Shown: positions 26,882-36,223 of the stretch, piece after piece
Numbering within the stretch: the stretch's first letter is position 1
Layout: each line of letters begins with the position of its first letter
From: a virus
Taxonomy: Duplodnaviria; Caudoviricetes
Reading direction: 5' to 3' (one strand)
Length of the DNA: 41,639 bases
Virus record (IMG/VR): IMGVR_UViG_3300005611_001957
Location: 1 to 41,639 of that record
Notes under the pieces: generated by a model
What the model saw: the letters and a program-made list of their open reading frames with translations, nothing else
Databases searched by the model: none
What the model was told of the DNA's origin: nothing
Position numbers and translations under genes: made by a program

Positions 26882-27807
26882 CAATTCATAGCAAATTCAC
26901 ATAAATTTCTTTGGTTGAATTCACAGAATCTACAAGCAGATGTTGATGGTGTTGGTTCATACCCTTCTGTTTTTCGTTCCCCATTTTCATCAAACACGTG
27001 TTCCACAAAGTCATTAAAATCGTTGATTGCACGGTTCATACTTACTTTACCGTCCGTTGGAATAAACCGTTGTAACCGTCGTGCCATAGCAGGCCATTCA
27101 GGGTCTTCAGGTATTTTTCGTTTAAGTATGATGTATTCAACATTTATCTTTTCTTGTGGTACATTTAGTTTCTCACTCAGATAGTTTTTATACAATAGAT
27201 TTTGATTAGTGAGTGATTTATCTTTCTTTTGCCAATCACCCCAACCCTTTGTAGATGTTTTCAAATCTATAATATAATATCTACCTGATTGTTTATCTTT
27301 TAGTAGTATATCAATATAACCGATAAAAGACAAGTTTTCTTTTATATTCTCATTTAGTTTCATTTCTATTTCAACCAACTCAATACCCTTCAATGAAAAC
27401 CATTCACGTCGGTGTTTCTTTAAGTAGTTGATAATCTCTACACCATCTTCATAAAACTCCACCATATTTTCTTTAGTGATACTCTCATCACGTTTCCAAT
27501 CAGGTATTTTCTTTACCTCGTCGTACATACGTTCTTTTAATAATCGGTCTGTATCAAAGTCTACAAACTTCTTACCATCTCGTATAATGTAATCTCTTAC
27601 GGGTATGCCATTGACTTCAGCGTCTTTGGGTAGCTTTCGTTTGTTATACATCACATACAAGTAGGATTGTATAGTGTCGTGCATCGCAGTACCAAACCCA
27701 AGGTGAATGCTCAACTTATCTTCTGCAATTTTATCAACGTACTTATACTTGTACGATAGTGGACACTTTTTCCATAACTTGTATTGTGAATAACTAACTC
27801 TTTTCAA
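26881..27807 (-). CDS. PD-(D/E)xK nuclease (RecB/Cas4-like phage exonuclease)
   Basis: SYSQ...CP, FGTAMH, E..., GYID, IIDLKT, Q...Y, C-terminal CRFCEF...C. Confidence 0.88.
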   Translation of the reverse strand: MKRVSYSQYKLWKKCPLSYKYKYVDKIAEDKLSIHLGFGTAMHDTIQSYLYVMYNKRKLPKDAEVNGIPVRDYIIRDGKKFVDFDTDRLLKERMYDEVKKIPDWKRDESITKENMVEFYEDGVEIINYLKKHRREWFSLKGIELVEIEMKLNENIKENLSFIGYIDILLKDKQSGRYYIIDLKTSTKGWGDWQKKDKSLTNQNLLYKNYLSEKLNVPQEKINVEYIILKRKIPEDPEWPAMARRLQRFIPTDGKVSMNRAINDFNDFVEHVFDENGERKTEGYEPTPSTSACRFCEFNQRNLCEFAMN

Positions 27808-28219
27808 AACGTTGTCCGTATAGTTTTTTTATTTCTTTAATTTGTTTCAACTGTTTTTTTGACTTTAGAGTATCATAGTATTCAATGGCTTCTCTTTTAC
27901 TAATCTTTAGATGTTCTGATAGAATATCTATATCTTCATTACTCTTGTCTTTCTTTCCTTTAAGATACTTGTTATATATCTTTTTCTTCGGTATAAACTC
28001 TCTCATCACTCGTTCATACATCTCATCGGGTAGTTTGTATGTCTGTATGTATGATACTAATTCTACATAGTTTAACTCCATACTAAGAAACCTATTTAAC
28101 ATAAACTGTGAAAATGATTTCTTATCACCTTCCGATAGATTACTCCAATAGTTTTCTTTTTTAAGATGAGTTAGTTGAGCAAAGTGGTCAAATAGAGATT
28201 TACTCTTCTCCATCGTCAT
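27794..28219 (-). CDS. Clamp loader small subunit (T4 gp62-like)
   Basis: FMLNRFLSM, IPKKK..KYLK, S.REA.EY; next to the clamp-loader ATPase. Confidence 0.75.
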   Translation of the reverse strand: MTMEKSKSLFDHFAQLTHLKKENYWSNLSEGDKKSFSQFMLNRFLSMELNYVELVSYIQTYKLPDEMYERVMREFIPKKKIYNKYLKGKKDKSNEDIDILSEHLKISKREAIEYYDTLKSKKQLKQIKEIKKLYGQRFEKS

Positions 28220-28466
28220 CTACCTTAAAGCCTTTAGGTAGCACTTCTTTGAGTATCGTACCACAGTTTGCACATACAAATACTTCTGCGGGTACAATTT
28301 GGTCATTGGGTGTTCCTGTCAGTAACTTACTTATTTTCTTAAACATCATTGAAGGTAAGAATAAGTCTTTACCACAATTATCACAATTCACATCTTGTAA
28401 ATCATCGGGTTTGATATTCATTTGTGGTGGTTGTTGACCCCCACCTAAATTATGTATTTTTGCCAT
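28200..28466 (-). CDS. Zinc-ribbon hypothetical protein
   Basis: CDNCG ... CANCG. Confidence 0.7.
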   Translation of the reverse strand: MAKIHNLGGGQQPPQMNIKPDDLQDVNCDNCGKDLFLPSMMFKKISKLLTGTPNDQIVPAEVFVCANCGTILKEVLPKGFKVDDDGEE

Positions 28467-28669
28467 TATTCTTCCTCATCTTCTATAAGTTCATATTCCT
28501 CTGAATCATACTTTTGCCATTCATTCACGTAATCCCAATCTAAATCATCCCCATATTTTTCCCAAAACTCATCTTCATTCTCTTTGTAAAGTTTTAGTTG
28601 TTCTTCGGTAAGTTCTGCTTCTTCAACCAAAACGTCATCGTGATATTGTATTTTTTGTAGTTTTGCCAT
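28466..28669 (-). CDS. Small acidic hypothetical protein
   Basis: 67 aa, very E/D-rich with W/Y; coupled to neighbours. Confidence 0.65.
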   Translation of the reverse strand: MAKLQKIQYHDDVLVEEAELTEEQLKLYKENEDEFWEKYGDDLDWDYVNEWQKYDSEEYELIEDEEE

Positions 28670-28673
28670 TTGT

Positions 28674-29591
28674 TTATCCTATTATGTCTAGTATTTGTAT
28701 TAAACACGCCATTGCAGTTATTTCTTTATCAACAGCCATAATTGATTTAGAATCTGAATCTGATATAATCAATATGACTTGACCTATGTTACCTGTTCCA
28801 TATTCATCAACTCGTTTATAGAGTAATGAATATAAATTGGTATAGTCGTTAGTTCCACTATCTAACATCAATTGCCGTATGGTGTTAAACTTATCTTTTT
28901 TACTCATATTACTTTTAAGGTGGTCAATGATTTTGTTTTCTAAATCATTACTATTAAGTAAGTCCGAACTAAGTTCTAATACACCATCAACCACATTAGA
29001 CTGTAAATCACCCATCACTTTTCGTATGTCAGGGTAATTAGTTTCAATGATAGTTTTTAAGTCAACAGCATTAAACTCAATACCTTCATCATTGAGTATG
29101 GTAGCACATCGTACCGCAATATCTTTCATAGATGGTGGTTCAATCTTAAACGTTTGACATCTACTTTGTATTGCAGGTATGACTTTTTCAGGGTAATTAC
29201 ACGTGAGTATAAACCTCGTTCGGTCAGCAAATGTCTCCATCATATTACGGAGGGCGGCTTGGGATTCGGGAGTCAGGTAATCTGCCTCATCCAATACCAC
29301 AATTTTCCATTTACTGAACCCAACGGTGGATGCGAAGTTCTTAATCTTGTTTCTAATAATATCAATACCACGCTCGTCAGATGCGTTGATGTATATGTCA
29401 TCACAGTCAATATTATTAACAAGTATTTTTGCCATTGTAGTTTTACCTGTTCCTGCTTTTCCGTGGAACAGTAAGTGTGGAATTTCTCCCTTTTCAATGA
29501 AAATACCGAATCGTTGTTTCACTGCTTCACTTCCTACATACTCGTCAAGATTTCTAGGTCTGAACTTCTCTATCCAAAGGTTTATACTCAT
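28674..29591 (-). CDS. Clamp loader ATPase (RFC small subunit/gp44-like)
   Basis: WIEKFRP, GKAGTGKTT, INASDERGID, LDEAD, SRC. Confidence 0.95.
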   Translation of the reverse strand: MSINLWIEKFRPRNLDEYVGSEAVKQRFGIFIEKGEIPHLLFHGKAGTGKTTMAKILVNNIDCDDIYINASDERGIDIIRNKIKNFASTVGFSKWKIVVLDEADYLTPESQAALRNMMETFADRTRFILTCNYPEKVIPAIQSRCQTFKIEPPSMKDIAVRCATILNDEGIEFNAVDLKTIIETNYPDIRKVMGDLQSNVVDGVLELSSDLLNSNDLENKIIDHLKSNMSKKDKFNTIRQLMLDSGTNDYTNLYSLLYKRVDEYGTGNIGQVILIISDSDSKSIMAVDKEITAMACLIQILDIIG

Positions 29592-29592
29592 C

Positions 29593-30288
29593 TTATTTCA
29601 TCTCCACCAAAAAGTACTCTGACTCGTAATCACCATCTACAAAGTGTAACTTAGCCAATCCATCTGTTGATATTTTTAAAGATGATGTACCTGCACCTTT
29701 GTTTGCTAGTAAAATACCCTTTAAGTACTCAGATGAAAATGAAATACCTTCAACATCACCCTCACATACTGCATCAACATTCATTGAAATACGATTAGTG
29801 TTGATGTTAGAGTAATTAAGTACAATCTTTGATTTACCACCTTTACTCATAAAAGTAAATGTGTCTGCGTCAGATAATGCACCCTTTGACTTTACAAACT
29901 TACTAACAAAGTCATCATTCAATGGAATCTCAATATTGAACTCAGGTAATTGTTTCAAATCAGGTACAGGTGGGATAACCGATGGCGCTGCCAACATATA
30001 ATTAACCTCTGTTCCTTTGTCTGAAAATACAATAGAACCTTTACCCTCAGTAATATCTATATTACTATCCAAAACACTCAATAGTGATTTAAGTTGAGAT
30101 GTAGTATAAATACCAAACTCTCCATTAGGGAATGTGGATTCATTTACTTTTACCTCACCAAGAAGTGTTTTATCTTCTGAAATCATACGAACTGAAATAT
30201 TGGTGTCCGTTGATTTTACCATTACTGATTCTATATTACCACCAAGTGTGTATCTACTTATAAAACCATCAAGTTTATTCTTTTCCAT
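29593..30288 (-). CDS. DNA sliding clamp (gp45-like)
   Basis: 231 aa, EFGIY....L..LL pattern, located between polB and the clamp loader. Confidence 0.8.
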   Translation of the reverse strand: MEKNKLDGFISRYTLGGNIESVMVKSTDTNISVRMISEDKTLLGEVKVNESTFPNGEFGIYTTSQLKSLLSVLDSNIDITEGKGSIVFSDKGTEVNYMLAAPSVIPPVPDLKQLPEFNIEIPLNDDFVSKFVKSKGALSDADTFTFMSKGGKSKIVLNYSNINTNRISMNVDAVCEGDVEGISFSSEYLKGILLANKGAGTSSLKISTDGLAKLHFVDGDYESEYFLVEMK

Positions 30289-30318
30289 TTGTAACTATTT
30301 TATATTGTTGTTATGTAT

Positions 30319-30350
30319 TAAAGTTAGGTATTAAAATCATCAAAGTCAAA
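30319..30350 (-). promoter_or_regulatory. Bacteroidota-type -33/-7 promoter
   Basis: TTTG-N20-TAACTTTA upstream of the clamp gene. Confidence 0.6.
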
Positions 30351-30352
30351 TA

Positions 30353-30547
30353 TTATTTTTTTTCCCAAAGTAAGTGCTTCCAAGTATCACCCCTGACTAT
30401 TTTTCTAACATTGGTGGTTGATACTTTATAGTTTCTTGCAATAACTCGTATATTTCTATGTCCAATTCTCCAAAGTGTTCGTATCTGTTGTACGTCTCCA
30501 CTTGAAAGTTTAGACATTGGGTGTTGTTCTCCTATTAATTTTCCCAT
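30353..30547 (-). CDS. Stand-alone HTH resembling the C-terminal domain of HNH homing endonucleases
   Basis: GE.HP.SKL....V.QIR....IA..Y.VS...V..IV.G.TWKH. Confidence 0.7.
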   Translation of the reverse strand: MGKLIGEQHPMSKLSSGDVQQIRTLWRIGHRNIRVIARNYKVSTTNVRKIVRGDTWKHLLWEKK

Positions 30548-33048
30548 TAGAAACTAAAAAATTGGTTTGCTTTTAAGTTGATGTTTTCAAAACTCTCCCA
30601 ATCAAGAGCCTCATAGAAGTCAAGTATCTTCTTACGGAGTAATCTATCAAACATCTTATCATAGTCAGCGTATGTAGATATAAAATCTACAACCTCGTGT
30701 GGGTCATCACTACCCTTGAGAGCCATAATATCTAAGTTTAGTGGATTTTGTTTTAGATACATCCAAACAATTTTCTCACCATCGGTAATTGGTGGTACTT
30801 TGTCCTCTAAACCTTTCTCTTTTAAAAAATTGTTATAGTAAATTGCAGACTTGACGTGGGCAGGTGTACCTTTCTTTACATCACTTAATCCACCCCTAAC
30901 TGAATACTTTTTTATACCACGTACACCTGTGGGTTTTCCTACTTCCATAAATGGTCGTTTGGTGAGACTGTCTTTAAACTCTAATAATTTACTATCTACC
31001 ACATCTTTTTCAACACCGTTTAATAAGTCCAATAACATTTCCTTCATAAAAGATTTAAATGCTTTGGGGAAGTCAGACCTAACTACATCTAGTCCCTTAT
31101 AGTCAATGTCATCTTTAGTTACACCATTCTCCCATATGATTTTCTGAACATATCGTTTCTTAGAAATCCATATACCTCTACGTGCAATGTTCTCTTGTTT
31201 AATCTCAAACCGATGCGACCCATACAAGTTAAACATTCGTTTAGCCATTACGTCATAACTGTTGTTAATGAAGTCTTGTACTTCTTGTGCAACATCAGCA
31301 ATCAACGAACACATAAGTTCCTCGTCATCAACATCAATATCGGGGTTTTCGTGTTTGATAATTGGTACTGCTGACAAAAAGGTACTGTCTGTATCGGTGT
31401 ATATAACCCAATCGTCGTTTTGATTCAGTCGTTTGTTATAGTAATGGTTTGCCATATCACTACTAAACTTGATAACCTCTTGACCTACACTCGTAACGGC
31501 TAAGGCGTTATCAACATCATACCATCTCCAACCCCGCAAACCCAAACAACCATAGATTGAATTGAGTAATACTTTTTGGATTATCTGTCTACTTTTATAG
31601 TATTCATATTGAGCATCATCACCCTCATTACCATACTTTTTCATTAAGTTTTTAAACTCAACTCGTTGGTCAAACCAAGTCCTTAATATTTTTGGAATAA
31701 TACCATCAATGTCTGTTCGGTAGAGTATCCCATTTGACGATATACTGAATTTGGTATCTTTAAGAAACTCTCCAAAAGAATCTTTGTCAAACTCATACAT
31801 ATCACCATTAACAATCTCCACTTTAATGTCAGTAAGTTTACCCGAAGTATATTCTTTAAAGTTCCAATCTAACACCTTACCTACTTTAGTTTCAGGTGAT
31901 ATATTCAAACTCATAATAATAGACGGATACATAGATGTTAAGTCCAAATCAAAGATGTAATCGTATCTGCCGGGTTTAGGTTGTTTTACATACGCACCCA
32001 TAAATGTACCCTCGGTATCTGTTCGTGGTGGTCTGTTGTCTGCGACTCTGTTACCATTTCTACGTAGATAACAAAGAATAGAACCTTCCAAGAACCTACT
32101 TGATGAGTAGATATCTTCATACGGTACGTGTCCTACTGATGCAATACCAACCGATTGTTCTAAAAACTTGAGTTTGTTTTCTAAGTCAACAATCAACTTA
32201 ACATCAACTAAGTTATATTCTATAAACTTTTTAATGTCGTTTTTCTTTAGTTGGTCTAGTGTACCCTCATACTCTACCTTACCCTGCCCCAACTCAAATT
32301 CACCAACATTATCTAGGCGATATGAAGATAACTGTGTGTATGTAAAGTTTTTATAAATTGGTAGATAGTCTAAACAACTAACACCTGCAATAAAATATCG
32401 TTCTTTTCTAGGATTCCATTCAACAACACCAATAGGTGATAAGTTGTTTGCAAATGAAGTACCCATTACTCGTTTTGCACGATTATACAAATAAGGTATA
32501 TCAAAGAAATCAATGTTCCACCCTGTAACAATAGTCGGTGAACACTCTCTCCACTTACTAAAAAACTTATCTAATAGTTCTTCTTCTGTATCACATCTAA
32601 ATAGTTTATAGTCATCTGTGATTCGGTTCTCTACCTCATTGAATTCATCAAGAATATAAACACCATACTCATTTGTTGTTTCATCATAATATGCAACTGA
32701 GGTGATTGGATTATTACCTTCATTAGGATTAGGTAATTGACCTTCCATACTAACTTCAATGTCAAAATAAAATCTGTTTTGCCACGTTGCAGGTTCGTCT
32801 GTGTCACCATATAGTTCTACTAATAACTGTGTATCCTTCGGGACATCACTTTCGTATACCTGTGGTGCGTCATTAAAGTATGTAGTCTTTTTACATTTTG
32901 TACCATCTAACGCGGTGTATTCACCATAGGGGTCAGGTATAAATGCAGACTTACGCCATTCAAATACTTGATGTCCTTTCTGGCAATCCCAAAGGTGAAC
33001 ATTATAATGGTTGTGGTTTATCTGTTTAAGATATATATTTTGATACAT
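30547..33048 (-). CDS. polB: DNA polymerase family B (T4 gp43-like)
   Basis: Exonuclease motifs FDIE, GWNIDFFDIPY, YNLVD; polymerase motifs DLTSMYPS, KVLLNSIYG, YTDTDS. Confidence 0.97.
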   Translation of the reverse strand: MYQNIYLKQINHNHYNVHLWDCQKGHQVFEWRKSAFIPDPYGEYTALDGTKCKKTTYFNDAPQVYESDVPKDTQLLVELYGDTDEPATWQNRFYFDIEVSMEGQLPNPNEGNNPITSVAYYDETTNEYGVYILDEFNEVENRITDDYKLFRCDTEEELLDKFFSKWRECSPTIVTGWNIDFFDIPYLYNRAKRVMGTSFANNLSPIGVVEWNPRKERYFIAGVSCLDYLPIYKNFTYTQLSSYRLDNVGEFELGQGKVEYEGTLDQLKKNDIKKFIEYNLVDVKLIVDLENKLKFLEQSVGIASVGHVPYEDIYSSSRFLEGSILCYLRRNGNRVADNRPPRTDTEGTFMGAYVKQPKPGRYDYIFDLDLTSMYPSIIMSLNISPETKVGKVLDWNFKEYTSGKLTDIKVEIVNGDMYEFDKDSFGEFLKDTKFSISSNGILYRTDIDGIIPKILRTWFDQRVEFKNLMKKYGNEGDDAQYEYYKSRQIIQKVLLNSIYGCLGLRGWRWYDVDNALAVTSVGQEVIKFSSDMANHYYNKRLNQNDDWVIYTDTDSTFLSAVPIIKHENPDIDVDDEELMCSLIADVAQEVQDFINNSYDVMAKRMFNLYGSHRFEIKQENIARRGIWISKKRYVQKIIWENGVTKDDIDYKGLDVVRSDFPKAFKSFMKEMLLDLLNGVEKDVVDSKLLEFKDSLTKRPFMEVGKPTGVRGIKKYSVRGGLSDVKKGTPAHVKSAIYYNNFLKEKGLEDKVPPITDGEKIVWMYLKQNPLNLDIMALKGSDDPHEVVDFISTYADYDKMFDRLLRKKILDFYEALDWESFENINLKANQFFSF

Positions 33049-33070
33049 TAAAAGGGTCTAAGGTAACTTT

Positions 33071-33514
33071 TTATTTTGGTTGGTCTATACCTGATAATCT
33101 AGGTAATTTAACAGTAGAAATCAAATAATCAAATATTTCTTGTACTAATTCGTTTGGTACATACGCGGCATAAACATCATCAGGTTGGAATGCGTGATAA
33201 CCTATTTTGTTAAATATTTTGTGAGTAACTACAACAAAGTCATACCTGTCATCAATTTTTTCAATGGCCATCTCCCACGAGTCGTAGTCATATGGATTTT
33301 TTGAATTAATTTTTGGAGAACAGAAGTCGTTTTCACTTGCATACAAATGTAGAATATAATCACCTATTTCAATAGAATCAAATGGAGATGTTACTTCAAA
33401 CTCATCATCCAGCCACATATCGTCATCTTCCACACCATCCATAAGAGTGATGTACTTACGAAAATCAACCATATAGTTCTCCGTTGGGTTTCCTTTATTA
33501 TAATTATTATTCAT
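33071..33514 (-). CDS. Acidic hypothetical protein
   Basis: 147-aa ORF with its own promoter; AS...FCSPK....Y..WE.A pattern. Confidence 0.7.
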   Translation of the reverse strand: MNNNYNKGNPTENYMVDFRKYITLMDGVEDDDMWLDDEFEVTSPFDSIEIGDYILHLYASENDFCSPKINSKNPYDYDSWEMAIEKIDDRYDFVVVTHKIFNKIGYHAFQPDDVYAAYVPNELVQEIFDYLISTVKLPRLSGIDQPK

Positions 33515-33518
33515 AAAC

Positions 33519-33550
33519 TAAATGTATAAAAAAAATAGGTGAAAAACAAA
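33519..33550 (-). promoter_or_regulatory. Bacteroidota-type promoter, probably giving a leaderless mRNA
   Basis: TTTG-N20-TACATTTA, with the ATG 4 nt downstream. Confidence 0.55.
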
Positions 33551-33560
33551 TTCCACCTAT
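33528..33560 (-). terminator. Intrinsic terminator
   Basis: ATAGGTG...CACCTAT stem followed by a T-run. Confidence 0.65.
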
Positions 33561-33578
33561 CAACCCCAATCACAAATA

Positions 33579-33959
33579 TCATACGTAATAAGTCAACAAC
33601 GCTTCTTCCATTTGTTGATTCCATCTTTTTTTATCAATCTCAATTCTTAGTTCTTGAGCTAACGACAACCCCCTGTCCCACGCATCAACCTCATTCATAA
33701 ATTGATACATTTTAAACTTTTTTGGGTTATCTAAATCATCAACATTCTTGTAATGGTTAGGGCCATATTCTTCATCATATTGGAGTGCGTGTCCAACTTC
33801 GTGGAGTAGGGCTATTAACCCATTCTTTTCTAAATTGTAATTATGGTGAATGATAATCTTACCATTCCTATGTCCAAGGAACGCGGTCATATTACCTAGT
33901 TCAACATCAATATTACAGTTATCTTTTACCCAATTTGAAACTTTTTGAAAATCTCTCAT
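33579..33959 (-). CDS. HExxH zinc metallopeptidase-like protein (ImmA/IrrE-like)
   Basis: LLHEVGH ... E..AW. Confidence 0.7.
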   Translation of the reverse strand: MRDFQKVSNWVKDNCNIDVELGNMTAFLGHRNGKIIIHHNYNLEKNGLIALLHEVGHALQYDEEYGPNHYKNVDDLDNPKKFKMYQFMNEVDAWDRGLSLAQELRIEIDKKRWNQQMEEALLTYYV

Positions 33960-34057
33960 AATGGTAAGGGTGAATCAATGTAGAAGTAAACTAAGAAAAG
34001 TATCACTATAATACCCAAGTAAATCTTTTCGTTAGTGGTAATTTTATTTGATTTCAT
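33956..34057 (-). CDS. 33-aa single-TM peptide (not in ORF track)
   Basis: MKSNKITTNEKIYLGIIVILFLVYFYIDSPLPL*; follows the promoter repeat, ATGA overlap with the next gene. Confidence 0.6.
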   Translation of the reverse strand: MKSNKITTNEKIYLGIIVILFLVYFYIDSPLPL

Positions 34058-34085
34058 AAGTAAGGGGTTGGTTAACATTACATCT

Positions 34086-34117
34086 ATAAGATAGTGATTC
34101 TAGCAATTAAAGTCAAG
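34086..34117 (-). promoter_or_regulatory. Bacteroidota-type promoter
   Basis: CTTG-N20-TATCTTAT. Confidence 0.55.
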
Positions 34118-34337
34118 AACCAATCAAAATATTTTTGATTCCTTTTAACATAAACAAGTCATCTTTTTTGTCTTTCTTATTTCCTGTGATTAAAGAAGCC
34201 AAACGGGCAACTTCCTGATATTTACGAGGAACACTAGTGTTAAACTCGTTCGGGAAAAAAGATGTAGATGACGATGGAGTTGTTAATGTGGTTATTGATT
34301 GATAAGTATTTGTTGAACTTCTAACTACGTGATTCAT
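34113..34337 (-). CDS. Hypothetical protein (S/T-rich N-terminus)
   Basis: 74-aa ORF lying between the two repeat copies. Confidence 0.55.
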   Translation of the reverse strand: MNHVVRSSTNTYQSITTLTTPSSSTSFFPNEFNTSVPRKYQEVARLASLITGNKKDKKDDLFMLKGIKNILIGS

Positions 34338-34367
34338 AATAATAAGGGGTTGGTTAACATTACATCT

Positions 34368-34406
34368 ATAATATAAAAAAAGGGATTGACAATGTCAACC
34401 CCTTTT
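34368..34406 (-). terminator. Intrinsic terminator overlapping a -33/-7 promoter
   Basis: AAAAGGGGTTGAC-ATT-GTCAATCCC-TTTTTTT; also reads GTTG-N20-TATATTAT. Confidence 0.7.
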
Positions 34407-34429
34407 CCAAAAAAATATAAAGTTTTTTT

Positions 34430-34639
34430 TTATCCAATCACTTCAACAACTCTACTTTGACGTGATTGTTTTACTGTGAAGTCACTATGTGGTGCAACTT
34501 CATTTAGGTGTTCGGTTACTTTGACTTCACTTTCAGTAACTGATTGAGCATCCACCAAAAGAATTTCTCTTCGTTTTTTCTCTTTTCCATTATTCAGTTC
34601 TTCAATGTATTCAACTGTAACTTCGTAGTAATTTACCAT
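34430..34639 (-). CDS. DUF4494-like protein
   Basis: YYE..V.Y....NGKEKK.RE..LVDA.S.TE.E pattern of the Bacteroidota DUF4494 N-terminal domain. Confidence 0.75.
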   Translation of the reverse strand: MVNYYEVTVEYIEELNNGKEKKRREILLVDAQSVTESEVKVTEHLNEVAPHSDFTVKQSRQSRVVEVIG

Positions 34640-34656
34640 TGTCTTTTACTTTTTTG

Positions 34657-34827
34657 TTATTTGTTTTCTGCTACGGATGCCTTACGGTATTCAGTAACAA
34701 GTTTTTTAAGTTCACCAACTGCTTTTCTAGCTCGTGTTGAAGATGCTTTGGTGTCACCATTGTGTTCTTCCTCAAAGGTTTCCCAAAGGTCTTTCATTTG
34801 TTGGTATAGTTCTTGTGCTGTTGCCAT
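34657..34827 (-). CDS. Histone H1-like (Hc1-family) small protein (not in ORF track)
   Basis: MATAQELYQQMKDLWETFEEEHNGDTKASSTRARKAVGELKKLVTEYRKASVAENK*; KA..RARK...EL.KL..EYRK.SV signature. Confidence 0.8.
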   Translation of the reverse strand: MATAQELYQQMKDLWETFEEEHNGDTKASSTRARKAVGELKKLVTEYRKASVAENK

Positions 34828-34855
34828 TTTATATTATTTTAGTTTATGTTTTAGT

Positions 34856-36223
34856 TTATCCAAAATCGTTTGAAACATTTGGTTTCTTGTATGATTCATA
34901 TTTTTGTTTCAATTGTTTCTTTTCGTATGTTTGTTGTTCTTGTTCCACTTGTTTGTTGTCTGCGGGTGTGTCAAATATATGAAACTTACCAATGTTAGTA
35001 TCCATTGATGCGTTAAACGTCATACCATCAGGCCCAAATCTGTTCTTTATAATATGAACTCTAGCTCTATTATTCAACTTATCAACGTCTTTCCTAATTA
35101 CACTCATAATAAAGTCAGCAGTCATTACTTTTTTATACGAATCAGCAATACCTGAAGCACCTATTACATCACTACCTAATGAATCTCTGTTTGTTTGAGT
35201 AGCAGTCCAAATAGGTATTCCTAATTTACCCGATATACCACGTAATTCTTCATAGATGTTACCCATATCGTCATAACTGTTTCCTGTGGACTTCTTACCA
35301 CTATCTAATAAGTCTGCGTAGTCTAATACAATTAGGTCAACCTTTTTAAGTTGTATAACCTTTTCAATAAAAGCCTCTAATCCGTGAGTAGATACTGAAC
35401 GAGTAGGGAACTGTCTAATGTCTAAGTTACCCGGCACTTGTCCAAGTTTCTCTATTAACACACTACTATCTTCTTGTAAAACAGAAAATGGTTTACCTGT
35501 TAATATAGTATCATATCGTCTAGCAACATAGTCATCACTCAACTCCAATGTGATATGTAGTACATTGTGTCCGTGTGTAACTGCGTTGTATCCTATTTGA
35601 CACAGTACCCACGTCTTACCAATCCCACTCGGAGCAGCCACTACACCAATCTCACCTGCACCCAAACCACCTGCTGTTATATCATCAATGGTTTTCATAT
35701 ACACAGGTGTAGCATCTCTTACATTACTTAGTCTAGTTTCTACGTGGTCAACCCAATTGTGTCCAATCTCTTTACTCATTCCTGCTTTGAGAGCGTTATC
35801 AACTAGTATTTTAATCTCATCATACTCACCTCGTTTCAGTAAGTCTGTTGATGCAAGAATGGCTTTCTTTAACTTTTGATTCTTACAAAATGATTCAAAT
35901 TGGTCTTTTACAAAATCTAAGTCATCAAGTTTATCAACGGTGTATATCTCTTTGATAGAGTTTTTTACACTTTCCTGAAATGATGGTGATTGGATTGACT
36001 TAACACTAAGAGCAAGTACATCCATTGTAATACATTTCTTATAGTCGGTGTAGTATGTGATTACTTGTTCTACTACCCATTGATGTTCTTCTCGTTCAAA
36101 GAAAGATGACTCTACTATATCAAATATGTCTTGTAAAAATTTAACATCGTGTATGAGAGTGTATATAACTTTTATTTGAAATGACTTACCAAACTCTGAG
36201 AGTTTATCTATGTATGCAACCAT
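34856..36223 (-). CDS. Replicative helicase (DnaB/T4 gp41-like)
   Basis: APSGIGKT, ITLEL, LDYADL, WTATQTNR, KNRFG. Confidence 0.95.
   Translation of the reverse strand: MVAYIDKLSEFGKSFQIKVIYTLIHDVKFLQDIFDIVESSFFEREEHQWVVEQVITYYTDYKKCITMDVLALSVKSIQSPSFQESVKNSIKEIYTVDKLDDLDFVKDQFESFCKNQKLKKAILASTDLLKRGEYDEIKILVDNALKAGMSKEIGHNWVDHVETRLSNVRDATPVYMKTIDDITAGGLGAGEIGVVAAPSGIGKTWVLCQIGYNAVTHGHNVLHITLELSDDYVARRYDTILTGKPFSVLQEDSSVLIEKLGQVPGNLDIRQFPTRSVSTHGLEAFIEKVIQLKKVDLIVLDYADLLDSGKKSTGNSYDDMGNIYEELRGISGKLGIPIWTATQTNRDSLGSDVIGASGIADSYKKVMTADFIMSVIRKDVDKLNNRARVHIIKNRFGPDGMTFNASMDTNIGKFHIFDTPADNKQVEQEQQTYEKKQLKQKYESYKKPNVSNDFG

Larger units (their letters stand above)
34061..34371 (-). repeat. 29-bp perfect direct repeat (promoter/leader cassette)
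   Basis: taaggggttggttaacattacatctataa at 34061-34089 and 34343-34371. Confidence 0.9.

Noticed and set aside
26881-27807. Cas4-like nuclease as part of a CRISPR-Cas system
   Set aside because: No cas1/cas2 or array; stand-alone PD-(D/E)xK nucleases are normal in phage replication modules.
33960-34430. tRNA or structured ncRNA in the larger gaps
   Set aside because: No cloverleaf or T-loop consensus seen; the gaps are explained by small ORFs, promoters and terminators.
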